A stretch of 64,000 nt of DNA from Eledone cirrhosa (GCA_964016885.1 OZ024740.1:288982001-289046000), one strand, 5' to 3'; counted from the stretch's first letter, positions 12,470 through 23,391 are shown. A program made the numbers and translations. The notes: a model not told the origin generated them from the sequence alone.

Positions 12470-13005
12470 TGGATAACAAGTAGACTAACAAGAAGAGAAG
12501 ACTTTGTATGTAAAAGATGCACAGGGGTAATCAAGGAGAAGAGTGTTAGTGATATAAACCTTTTCCAATCACATGAAGTATCTATAGAAGTGGTTGATAG
12601 CTTCTGCTATCTAGGTCACCTAATTAGCAGCAGAGGATGATCCGAGAGCATAATGGCTAGAATAAGGATAGAATGGAAGAAGTTTAGAGAGCTACTCATA
12701 TGGTTGACCCAAAAGGTTTCTCCCTACATAAAAAAAGATGGCTGTATGATGCCTGTGTGCGAAGTGCGATACTGCATGGTAGTGAAACTTGACCAGTGAC
12801 TGCAGAGGACATGCATAGGCTGGAGAGAAATTAAGCTACCCTGCTTTGTTGGATGTGCAATGTAAATGTGAAAGAAAAGGCAGTGCTTGGATGAACTGAG
12901 ACAGAAATTGGATATAAGATGAATCTGATATGGTGTGCAGGAGAGAAGATTGTGTTGGTATGGATGTGTGATGCACATGGATGATGATCGCTGGGTGAAG
13001 GTGTG
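12470..13005 (+). mobile_element. Decayed fragment of an older RTE-PHD subfamily
   Basis: EVVDSFCYLG and QERRLCWYG motifs; nearly identical to the reverse complement of 58860-59050. Confidence 0.8.
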
Positions 13006-13006
13006 C

Positions 13007-13078
<72 letters not shown>

Positions 13079-13089
13079 ATATATAAGAA

Positions 13090-14295
13090 CAAAAGATGGT
13101 TAAAAGAGTTCCATGTATTTTATTATGCGCATTTCAAAAACAAATATCCTCATGCAATAATATTTGTATTTTCATCAGATAAAACATGAAGACATGATAT
13201 GAAGGTTAAAAAACACTTGTGGATAGTTCAGTTTTAAATCAACATATGAAAAGTAGTTTTAGATTGATGTGTGATATCGGGAAAAATATTTTATTTTTGT
13301 GGGGGGTGGGGGTGGGGGTGGAAAGGATGAAAAAGAGGAGGAGATGAGAGTAAAAAGTGGAGAGGGAGGAGTATAATGAGGAAGGATGAGATAGGAGGAG
13401 AGATGGGTGATAGAGAGAGAGAGATAGCTTTTATAACTGAGAAAGATATATTGTTTTACATAGAGAGGTTGAAAACCGTTGGAAGATAATGTATAAATTA
13501 AAAGAATTTGAAAATTAACGAAGAGAAAAATAATGTAAAGTTAAGGTTTGTATATTGAGCGGTTTGATAATATGTGCGATGAAAAAAGAAAATGTTAATA
13601 TGTATTGAGAATAATGTTTAAGGGTTTAATAATATGTGCGATGTTAAGAAAATGTTGATATGTATTATTAAAAGGAACAACAGGTTATTTAAGTAAGGAA
13701 ATATTGTGAGATGAGCATCAATGAGTTAGATGAAAGGGAGAAAAGAATAATGAATTGAGGATGAATAATCTAACGTCAAAAAAATGTATATGTTTACGAA
13801 GGATTTTTACAAGGTGATATAGAGTAAGAATGTATTGTATTATGTAATAATTGATTCTATGTTAGGCAAGAGTGAGAAAAGGTACAGATTAGGGGTTAGA
13901 CATTAAAAGAAGAAGAGAAGAAAGGGAAGTGATAAATAGGAGCGATGTAGAATGAGTAACAAGTATTATAGAATGTATAATAACCTTTGAAATGAGGTAG
14001 AAAGATGGGTATATTTTTAAAAGAAGTGTATATATATATATATGTGCCTTTGAGAAAAAGATTCTAAATTGATAAAGAATTGAATATTAGCTGTATACTT
14101 TGTGAAATGTTTTATGGAATTTATGCAAGCAGATAGAAAACAAGTCAGTGCGTCTATTTATTATAGAATCTAAATTAGAAATAATGGTAAATTTTTCATT
14201 TAGACAGAGATTGCAAATTTTGGATAGAGAACTGTTCAAGTATGGAGACGCAGAAGAAACCTTCCAAAAGATGCTATATTTAATATTTTTGTCTT
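13090..14295 (-). mobile_element. Penelope-like element remnant (GIY-YIG C-terminus + pyrimidine-rich pLTR-like tail)
   Basis: ORF 14087-14299 reads WKV..ASPY....KICNLCLNEKFTII....IINRRTDLFSICLH, a Neptune-type C-terminus; a hammerhead motif lies at the distal end. Confidence 0.78.
13112..13188 (-). ncRNA. Type I hammerhead ribozyme (Penelope-associated)
   Basis: Minus strand reads catgttttat-CTGATGA-aaatacaaatat/atatttgttttt(stem II)-GAAA-tgcgca-TA-ataaaa(ta)catg. All core nucleotides are present and stem III is palindromic. Confidence 0.82.
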
Positions 14296-14542
14296 TCAAG
14301 GACCATATGAGTTCTGAGAGAGCCGTGTTGGTTCTTTTAAGTTTGTATACAGGAAGGGAATCCAGCTGTAGAAAACCCGCCAGACAGTCCTATGCGAGCA
14401 AGACAACCACTCTTGCCTCAAGTGGGAAAACTCCCGTCCAAACCCATGCAAGCGTGGAACATGGACGTTAAACGATGATGATGATGATGATGATATATAT
14501 ATATATTTATATATATATATATATATAAATATATATATATAA

Positions 14543-17500
14543 ATCATCATCATCATCATCATCACTGTTTTACGTCCGTTCTTCCACGCTAGCATGGGTT
14601 AGACGGGTTGTCCTGTTGTGGGCAGTGTCTGGTCGGCTGACCATGCCTTGCTCATACAGGAACTGATCTGGCTTGATTTCTACAGCTGGATGCCCTTCCT
14701 AACACCAACCTCATTTACAGTGAGTGCTGGGTGCTTTTTCGTGGCGCCTACACGTCCACTTTACAGTGTGGGCTGGGTGCTTTTTTGCCGTGGCACCTCC
14801 ACGACCACCTTGCGGTGGGGGGGGGGGGGGCATATTGTTTATATGCTTCAGCATGTACCCATGGGAGGTCGGGTACCCTGTATTACTGCGTGACGCCAGA
14901 AGTCACGGTCGTGTGTCATTGACTTTGAGAGGTGTAGTTGGGTAAGGTCGGCTTTTATCACCTCATCCCAAGTCATCTTGGGTCTCCCCACTCCGCGGTT
15001 TCCATCAACTTCTAGTGCTCTGCACCTTTTTATGCAGCTGTCATCCTTCATACGCATCACATGTCCATACCAGCGTAACCGCCTCTCCTGCACGCAGCAT
15101 TTGATTCCTCTTATGCTCAGTCTCTCTCTCAATTCATTTATGCTTTGTCGTTCACGTATATTACTGTTACACATCCATCGGAGCATGCAGGCTTCGTTTC
15201 TCTCTAATCTACGTAAGTCTTCCACCTTCAGCGCCCAGGTCTCACTACCATGCAACATCGCTGTTCGGATACACGCATCATACAGTCTGCCTTTCATTCT
15301 GAGGGAGAAGCCTTTTGCAGCTAGCAGTGGTAGTAGTTCCCTAAACTTCTTCCATCCCGTTCTTACCCTAGTTATTGTACTTTCTGAGCACCCACCTCCG
15401 TTGCTAATTCGGTCACCTAGGTAGCAGAAGCTGTCTACTGTTTCTACAGGGCCCTCCCAGAGATTGGTGGTACTTGTTTCCTGTGGCTGTTTGCTTGCTG
15501 TTTCAGCACAGCTGCTGCATGTGAATCCTACATTCTTAATTAAGCTTCCTGAGATCCCGCTACATCTCTTGTGTACCCATTGTTTGCATTTGGGGCAAAG
15601 AATGGAGTTCCTACCTACACCTTTCCTACATACTGAGCAAGGCCATTTCCCTGAGGGGATCTGGGTTCTGTTTTCTCGTCTACTTATAAGGACCTTAGTC
15701 TTTGTCATGTTGACTTTGAGGCCCTTTCTCTCTAGTCCCTGCTTCCAGGTTTGGAATTTATTCTCTAGTTCTACCATAGATTCAGCTATGAGTGCGAGGT
15801 CATCAGCATACAGGAGTTCCCATGGGCATCCGGTCTTAAACTCCTCCGTTATTGCCTGCAGGACTATGATGAACAGGAGAGGGCTAAGAACAGAGCCCTG
15901 GTGGACCCCGACCTGTACGCTAAATTCCTCGCTATACTCATTGCCAATCCTAACTTTGCTGACTGCTCCCCTATACATGGCTTGTACCGCTTTCACAAGC
16001 CATTCATCTACTCCTAGTTTTCTAAGAGCCCACCAGATTACTGCACGTGGAACTCTGTCAAAGGCTTTCTCAAGGTCGACAAATGCCAAGTAGAGTGGCT
16101 TACTTTTAGCTAGGTACTTTTCCTGTAATTGCCTCACAAGGAAGAGCGCATCAGTGGTGCCTTTCCCTGGTACAAACCCAAATTGCATCTCGTCTATATT
16201 CACCCGGTCCCTAATCAGCTGTGCTATAACTCTTTCTGTTACTTTCATGACCTGGTCCATCAACTTTATACCTCTATAGTTTCCTCTATCTAGTGCATCG
16301 CCTTTACCTTTGTAGCAGTTGACAATGATGCTACTGCACCAATCTTTTGGTATGGCCCCCTCTAGTATTACCTGGTTAACGATACGTGTGGTTATAGTGT
16401 GACCTACAGACCCAGATGCCTTCAGCATCTCGGCAGCTATACCCGATGGACCGGTTGCCTTCCCTATCTTCATATCTCTGATTGCCTTACTTACTACGCT
16501 GCCGCTGACTTGTACTGCTGGTCCCTCTATAGGGTCTACGTGGGGTAGGGTCTCTTCTTCCCATGCATTCTCCTCATTTAGTAATCTATCATAATGACTC
16601 TTCCATGCATCTTTCTTCTCAGCACTTGTGAGGGCAAGCTCACCTTTATCATTCCGGATACACTTCTCTCCAATGACATCACAACTATCTCTGACACACT
16701 GCCTCGCAATCTTGAATACCTCCTGTTTCTGGTCCTCACGTTGTAAAACATGCTTGAATTTTCTATCCTCTGCTTCCCTCCTAGCTAAGTATACTTGTCG
16801 CCTAGCTTCCCTCTTGGTCTCTATGTAATGTACCCTGCTCCCCCCGTTCTTCCATTCTTTCCATGCCTGTCTCTTGGCCTTGACTGCTTCATCTACCTTA
16901 TTGTTCCACCACCAAGTCACTCTCCTCCTGCTTGAGGTCTTACTCCAGCCACAAACCTCATCCGTCGCCTCTAGTAAGTTATTTTTTAGGAACTCCCAGT
17001 TCTCTTCTACGTTAAATGTCTCTATCTGTTCTTCTTTACTGTCGTAGGCGTTGAGTAAAATATCTTTAAATCTGTTACTGGTTGAGGGGACTTTCAGCTT
17101 CCAGATCTTTCTTCTCCAGGTTGGCCTCTGTTTCAGGGCTCGTCTAGTTCTGACCGTGAGGTCGCTGACAACTAAGCTATGTTGGGATGTACATTCCTCA
17201 CTAGGGAAGGCTTTTGTGTTTACGACCGTCCATCTGTCACGTCCTCTGATGAGGATAAAATCTAACTGACTAGAGTGCTCCCCTGATCTATAGGTGATCA
17301 GGTGGTTGTCGGGTTTTTTAAAGTTTGTGTTACATATCGACATGTCATTGGCGTCGCAGAATTCTAGAAGTCTGAATCCTTCCTCATTCCTTGTGCCAAC
17401 TCCATGGCCTCCATGTACTCTATTGAAGCCGTCGCAGTGTTTACCTACGTGTCCGTTAAAATCTCCTGCAATGATTAGGAAGTCCTTGTCGTCTGTTAGA

Positions 17501-18611
17501 GCAGTAGTGTGTATTAGGGACTCGTAAAACCTATCCTTAAGTTCGTCTGGCAGCCCCGATTGGGGTGCGTAAGCTGATATTATTGTGGTAATTGTCTTAT
17601 TCAGGACTAGTCTGAGTTTAATGATTCTTGCATTTACCCTGTACACTGAGATTACTTTATCTACCCACTTGTCAGCTAATAGTATACCTACACCACCCAT
17701 CCCATCGTCATTTCCCACCCAGAAAAATTTGTAGCACTGGCTTTTTCCTACAAGGACTCTAGCAGACCCTCCTCTCCATCTAGTCTCTTGCACACAGCAT
17801 ACATCAACTTCCTTTCGCTCTAGCATTTCTACGATTTCTCCTGCTCTTCCTTTCATTGAGCCTACATTGATGGTACCAACTCGGAGTTTTGGGCATTTGT
17901 CGACACTCGTAGGGGAGGGCCTCTGGGTTGGCGCTTCACGTGGGTGCTTGGTAGCTCGCAGATTCATATTTCATCTATTGATTCAGAGTTGCTCGTGTAT
18001 TCCCAGCTCATCCATCCATAACGGTGGGAGAATTGAGGGCTAGAAGGACAGTGGTGGTGGGGTAATGGCAGGGTGTGTTGGGATGCGCCAGAGGAGGAGA
18101 GAGTTAGTTAGGCAGGTAGTAGCAGCAGCAGCAGTGGAAATGGCATGCTAGGTTTGATTGGTCGAATAGACTATGGTGGTGTGTGGGGGTGGGGGGGGGA
18201 GGGAAATTGTGAGGTAGGAACTGAGGGTCGCATGGTAAATATCCAAGTTAATACTACATCAGTAAAATTAACAATAATAATGTCATGAAAAAAACTACTA
18301 AGAGAAACCCTCGAAAATTTATCGCTAATACAGCAGGGAAAATTTAACGCTAATACAGCAGGGAACATCATAATATTAACGACAATATGTAGGCTAAAAT
18401 ACCTTCGTAGATTAGATGGATGGCTGGCTGGGAAAATTGGAATCAGCTCTAGTGATACATTTTAGCAGAGAAGAATGGGAAAGTGTCTTATCTCTTCAAT
18501 ATTTTCAGATTGAATGAATTAGGTTAAAGACAGGGTAGTAAGCCTTAAAGAAGTGCATAGAGAGGGGGGGGGGTAGGAACTGAGGGTCGCATGGTAAATA
18601 ACTGAGAGAGT
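14543..18611 (-). mobile_element. Full-length RTE-clade non-LTR retrotransposon (~4.07 kb), antisense within a TTC7 intron
   Basis: About 640 bp of putative 5' UTR, a single 1039-aa ORF, about 300 bp of 3' UTR ending in a stem-loop plus (GAT)n tail. CpG-rich and uninterrupted; both flanks are (TA)n tracts. The 5' boundary is approximate. Confidence 0.93.
14848..17967 (-). CDS. RTE polyprotein: APE endonuclease + reverse transcriptase + embedded PHD-type zinc finger
   Basis: APE motifs GTINV, VQETRW, SAYAPQ, AGDFNGH, SQLDFIL, SQH; RT motifs NYRGIKL, QFGF, FVDLEKAFDRV, GVHQGSVLSPLLF, LLYADD, KTKVL, FCYLG; RTE C-terminal motifs MLHGSETW, RRLRWYGHV, GRPKMTW. Confidence 0.96.
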   Translation of the reverse strand: MNLRATKHPREAPTQRPSPTSVDKCPKLRVGTINVGSMKGRAGEIVEMLERKEVDVCCVQETRWRGGSARVLVGKSQCYKFFWVGNDDGMGGVGILLADKWVDKVISVYRVNARIIKLRLVLNKTITTIISAYAPQSGLPDELKDRFYESLIHTTALTDDKDFLIIAGDFNGHVGKHCDGFNRVHGGHGVGTRNEEGFRLLEFCDANDMSICNTNFKKPDNHLITYRSGEHSSQLDFILIRGRDRWTVVNTKAFPSEECTSQHSLVVSDLTVRTRRALKQRPTWRRKIWKLKVPSTSNRFKDILLNAYDSKEEQIETFNVEENWEFLKNNLLEATDEVCGWSKTSSRRRVTWWWNNKVDEAVKAKRQAWKEWKNGGSRVHYIETKREARRQVYLARREAEDRKFKHVLQREDQKQEVFKIARQCVRDSCDVIGEKCIRNDKGELALTSAEKKDAWKSHYDRLLNEENAWEEETLPHVDPIEGPAVQVSGSVVSKAIRDMKIGKATGPSGIAAEMLKASGSVGHTITTRIVNQVILEGAIPKDWCSSIIVNCYKGKGDALDRGNYRGIKLMDQVMKVTERVIAQLIRDRVNIDEMQFGFVPGKGTTDALFLVRQLQEKYLAKSKPLYLAFVDLEKAFDRVPRAVIWWALRKLGVDEWLVKAVQAMYRGAVSKVRIGNEYSEEFSVQVGVHQGSVLSPLLFIIVLQAITEEFKTGCPWELLYADDLALIAESMVELENKFQTWKQGLERKGLKVNMTKTKVLISRRENRTQIPSGKWPCSVCRKGVGRNSILCPKCKQWVHKRCSGISGSLIKNVGFTCSSCAETASKQPQETSTTNLWEGPVETVDSFCYLGDRISNGGGCSESTITRVRTGWKKFRELLPLLAAKGFSLRMKGRLYDACIRTAMLHGSETWALKVEDLRRLERNEACMLRWMCNSNIRERQSINELRERLSIRGIKCCVQERRLRWYGHVMRMKDDSCIKRCRALEVDGNRGVGRPKMTWDEVIKADLTQLHLSKSMTHDRDFWRHAVIQGTRPPMGTC

Positions 18612-18675
18612 TATATATATATATATATATATACATTATATATATATACATATGTATATATATATATATAAATAT

Positions 18676-18752
<77 letters not shown>

Positions 18753-19429
18753 GTATATATATATAATGTATATGTGAGGCCATCAAGAAGGATTATAGTA
18801 AAAAACTATCATCTTTTTTATGGCAGCCTGTAAAAAGGAGCACTTTATGCAAAGTCAATTTTTATTTTATTTGCAAATTTGGAAATATATTTTAATGACC
18901 ATAAAGAGGTGCCATGAAGAGATGAACCTTATAACTGTAAACAACAGTTGCACTATATGACTAATGAATGTTTTCTGAGCTTGTAGTATTTAGTCCAAAG
19001 CCTATCATAGGTATAGCTTGGCTTGGGATGATTTCCAGCAGGTTACTGCTACCATCTCTCTAATGATTCAGATTGTCACAGGATTCAGTAGGGCATTAAT
19101 ACAATAAACATTTATTCATTGAAGTGTATATAATGTACCATAGAAGATATCAATGGTAAATATGAGGTTTTACAGCATATAAAGAATAGAGTTTTACTAA
19201 TTAAAAACTTGGCTAAATCCATTGTATTATACTCCCTATGCAAAGGACATGTATCTTATTTCATTCAACTAAACTAAAAGAGGGGGACTGACACTATATC
19301 TAGTAAACTAGAATGGTCTGTGTCAGCAAGGATTGGATTGAAATTTTAAATCATAAGATGCATCTTGGAGTGTTACTAAAAATGGCTGTTCACCCAAATT
19401 TAGAATTGTCTTAGAGATGATGTCATGTA

Positions 19430-19750
19430 CATCATCATCATCCAGTTTTTGATTATGCAGGACACAATTAATCCCTAAGCACTCCTTTGCATCTTGCTCC
19501 ATGTCTCACTTCCTCCATCCAAGTCCTTTTTGGTGTTCCTAGGCCTCTACTGTCTCCTGGATCAACATTCATCACTTTGCTGATCCAGCCTTCACTGCAC
19601 TTGACATGGCCGTACCAGCGCATGCACCTCGTATGAAGCACATCCTCGAGGTCGTTGATCAGCAGTCTTATCAGGAACTCAGTTGAGCTGACATCATCCT
19701 TAATGTCACACTGCACATCCAGCGGATCATAGCTCTGTCATTTCTCTTCA
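19430..19750 (-). mobile_element. Old RTE-clade 3' fragment (different family)
   Basis: MRWYGHV...RGLGTPKRTW in ORF 19468-19716; (GAT)n end. Confidence 0.65.
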
Positions 19751-20224
19751 AAACTATCACTGATTTGTTCTATGTTTAACTGTTTTTCTATTGTTAAATA
19801 GCTCCTGATTATTGCTTAAGTAGACCAAGACACTTCATTCATGTTGTATCACTCCACTCTGTTGGAAAAAAAAATGGGTTGTGACGGACTGGTATCAAGC
19901 TATATTGGCGTTTTCCATTCTCTAAGATATCAGTTGTGTGGAGAGAAGAGACCAGCATACATTAGCAACTGTTGGTCACCCTCAAAAATACATTGCCCAG
20001 GCTTGGGTGTCAGAGAGGAACCTTCTAGGTGCTAAAACCCTTGGTTATTTGTGACCAAAATTAGTCTTATGTCTGTCAACCACCGATGAAAAGAGCCATT
20101 TTTTAGTGTGTCGATTTGATTTATGTCCCTGCTCTTTACCAGTGGTCATTGTTCTAGCTGTGATCCTTATTGTAAGACGTGTCTTAAAATTTAAGAATTA
20201 GAACATGTAGCTTCATTTTAAAGA

Positions 20225-20615
20225 CCAGCAGAAAATCACCATTCGGGTGGTTTTCTGCTAGCATGTGTAGTGTGTATATTGATATTATACGCAAGTATAT
20301 ATGCATGTAGATATGTTACATCAAATAAAATCGTAATTGACAATATACACAGAAATTGAACGAAGACTGTGTTATACTCTCTTATGTAATCAGTAACGTA
20401 ATCCATGATACATTAAAAAAAGACGATATTATATATCTGCTAGCATGCGTAGTGTGTATATTGATATTATATGCAAGTATATATGCATGTAGATATGATC
20501 AGATAAAATCGTAATTGACAATATACACAGAAATTGAACGAAGACTGTGTTACACTGTCTTATGAAATCAGTAACATTTTCCATGATACATTAAAAAAAG
20601 ACAATATTATATATA
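20225..20615. repeat. Palindromic Helitron-like terminus followed by a ~180-bp tandem duplication
   Basis: ccagcagaaaatcacc-attc-gggtggttttctgctag, then two units beginning tctgctagcatg (about 20253 and 20436). Confidence 0.75.
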
Positions 20616-22208
20616 AACTGAATTAGCAGAAAATTAGTGACAGAAATCACGATATGAATATTTATTTAAACGATCGCTAACCAGAAGTGTTGACATTTGA
20701 ACATTTTTAAGAAGTGAATGTTTAAATAAGTAATAAAATATATTTAATGAACAGCCACAAAATTTAGTAGATAAATTATGTAATATTCATTCATTATTAA
20801 CCGAGGTTAACTTTGCCTTTCATCCTTACGGGGTCGATAAAATAAAGTACCAGTAATGTACTGGGTAATTGCTGGCCTTGTGCCTAAAATAGAAACAATT
20901 ATTTATTCAAAGTAATCCAACTTATTTTAGTAAGGGGATAAAAATTATAAACCGTACACAGTCCCGCGCTTCTTACTTTATTATAGTTTAGATGATAGGT
21001 TGTTGCATGTAAAAGGTAAATGTTAATACTACCCAAACCTTGTGGGTCTATCAGTATTAAACAGATGGGAGATAAATGCTATTATTCCTCCTAGATAGGA
21101 CACCAATATATTTCAGCTCACACTCTTGTGTGACTTGTCCTTAATCCTAACAATTAACTGAACCAAAACAATATAGATTAAGATGTTCTGTTCACAAGTA
21201 CAAAGAAATAATTTCTGTGGATTTGAACTCAAGACCTATGAGCAAATGGTTCAATATATTATATACTTGGCCATTTCACTTTTATAGGCAATTTACTAAG
21301 AGTGATTAGTTGCTATATTGACAAGTCATATGACTGGCTAGGTAAGTTTTATCGGTGTTCGGTACACTGTAGTACTGACTCGTGTGATTGCAGTCAGCTG
21401 GTTGACATTTTATTAATTCCACTACTTCATGGTTGACTGGTTAATGTTAGTAATATTTTGCTGCAATCATTCAGACATTCCAAATCATATGCTAACACAG
21501 AAAATGACTGTGAAAAGATTTTTTAAAATTAAAATTAGGAAACAGCAATGTTAGACACCCTAGTCATCATCATCATTGGCATCATTTAACATCCATTCTG
21601 CCTACTAGCGAGGATTGTACAGGTTGTTACAGATGAAGTTTGTACTTAATTGGAGCTACTGACCTTTCAGATGAGCTGGGAGCTGTATCGTGCTCACATA
21701 CTTTCCCACTTTCTCACTCTTTACAGAGTGCCCAAGTGCACTTTTGTGGTACCAGTGCTAGGGGGGTTATGTCTCTGAGACAACTGAAGATTTTTTCCAA
21801 CCCTCCTTTTGGCAAGTTTTCTATGGCTGGATGTCATTCCTATGACCAACCAATTTACTGGGTGCATTTTATCATGTCCCTCAATGCTAGACATGTTGCT
21901 GTGCCTTTGATGGAACTGAAGAGTCCTCTCAATCTTTTGTTTGGCATGGTTTCTATGGCTAGATGACCTTCCAATCACCAAAATTATTAAAATAAAATAC
22001 TGTGGTTTTAAGAAACAAAATTATACAGACCTAAGCTTCTACACAAAGATTCATGCTCACACACACATATGCACATTCATGTATATAGTTGCGCATTTCC
22101 TCATACACAGATGCATACTCATACACAGGAAAAATACTGGTTGCATCTTAGCCAGGCACAGTAGTGAGAGGGTGTAGGAATGTGATGTTCATACTTTCAC
22201 CAACTGCA

Positions 22209-22439
22209 TTAACCCTCTCATTACCATATTTTAAATGAAAGTTTCTGTCTATAATTTTAAATAATTTGGAAAATAATCAAGAATTTCTCATTATTAAGCT
22301 GGTGTCTAGAATACATCTTAACAAAGGTTCTTACATAAAGTTATTATAGAATTTTTTTAGATAAATATAAGCACTCTAAAATAAACAGTTTTATATCTTA
22401 GAACTAGGGGAACAAGTGGTTTGGTATCAAAAGAATTAA
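22209..22439. mobile_element. Degenerate TTAA-flanked MITE, second family
   Basis: ttaaccctctcattacca ... tggtatcaaaagaattaa; a related right end is at ~23080-23122. Confidence 0.55.
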
Positions 22440-23327
22440 CAGTGTAGATGAAGTAAATTAGTTTCTATTGGGCTTTGGAACCACATAACATCTTTGACTC
22501 ATCCAGAGCTTAACTCTTACATTATGACATTTGTCTAATAAGAGCCATATTAATATTAATTTCTTTACAAGACCACAAATTGGTAAAGAAGAATATAGTC
22601 AATTGATTTGACTGCACTACCTGATGGGATATTCTGCAAAGTCAAACCTTGCAAGAATTGAAGATAGAATGTAAATATGGACATAACTAAATATTGTAAA
22701 GCATTGGGTACAACATTTTGTTGTTGTCATCATCATCAATGTTATTGGCACCTTCTCCTTCTTTCTATAAATTTACAACAACTTAGGAACCTTATTAATA
22801 TTGATGTAAAAGGAAAATTTACAAATAAAATGTCTCATGAGAGACAAGGAAAAAATAAAATTATGAGGTGATAAAATTAAGAAGATATTTTAAAATCTTT
22901 TTGTGAACTCATTTCTATTGAAACTATTTCAATTAATTGGTGAATAATTTTGAAGGATTTACTAAAATTATTAATTATTTAATTACTAAGATATTAACAT
23001 AACATATTCTTATATAGAATTATGTTGGAAGATTTTAATTTGAATAGGAACTTTTTTAAATGGGTGGACTTGATTTATAGAACCAGAGCTGGTTTTGGCT
23101 GGATTGGTATCAAAAAGGTTAAAAAATAAAGAATTCTTTGTAATTCCAGACAAATTGAGTTGAATGTCTATCTAAGAAGCGTGAATTACATTAATTAATT
23201 GTTGTATGTATATAAAATGTTTGCCAGAAGTTCTGGGGTACATTAAATACATACACCACATAGATAGATACAAATACGCAAACAATCTATTTTAATCTCA
23301 CAGGAATGTGTTTCTCTTTAATTATAG

Positions 23328-23391
23328 GCTATTTACACCAGCAAATGAGAATGAGGAAGCTCTGTTATTACTTCTTATTGCTGAAGCTATT
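23328..23391 (+). CDS. TTC7: TTC7 exon C (64 nt): LFTPANENEEALLLLLIAEAI
   Basis: ttatag| acceptor and |gtaagt donor; first base completes AAG. Confidence 0.92.

Noticed and set aside
13299-13321. G-quadruplex-like G runs (also 18183-18203)
   Set aside because: Low-complexity tracts inside TE UTRs; no evidence of function from sequence alone.
14978-17527. Several + strand ORFs of up to 209 aa
   Set aside because: Antisense shadows of the RTE ORF with no independent motifs.
17968-18611. HDV-like ribozyme expected at some RTE 5' ends
   Set aside because: I could not assemble the nested double pseudoknot by eye; it is not supported without a covariance or descriptor search.
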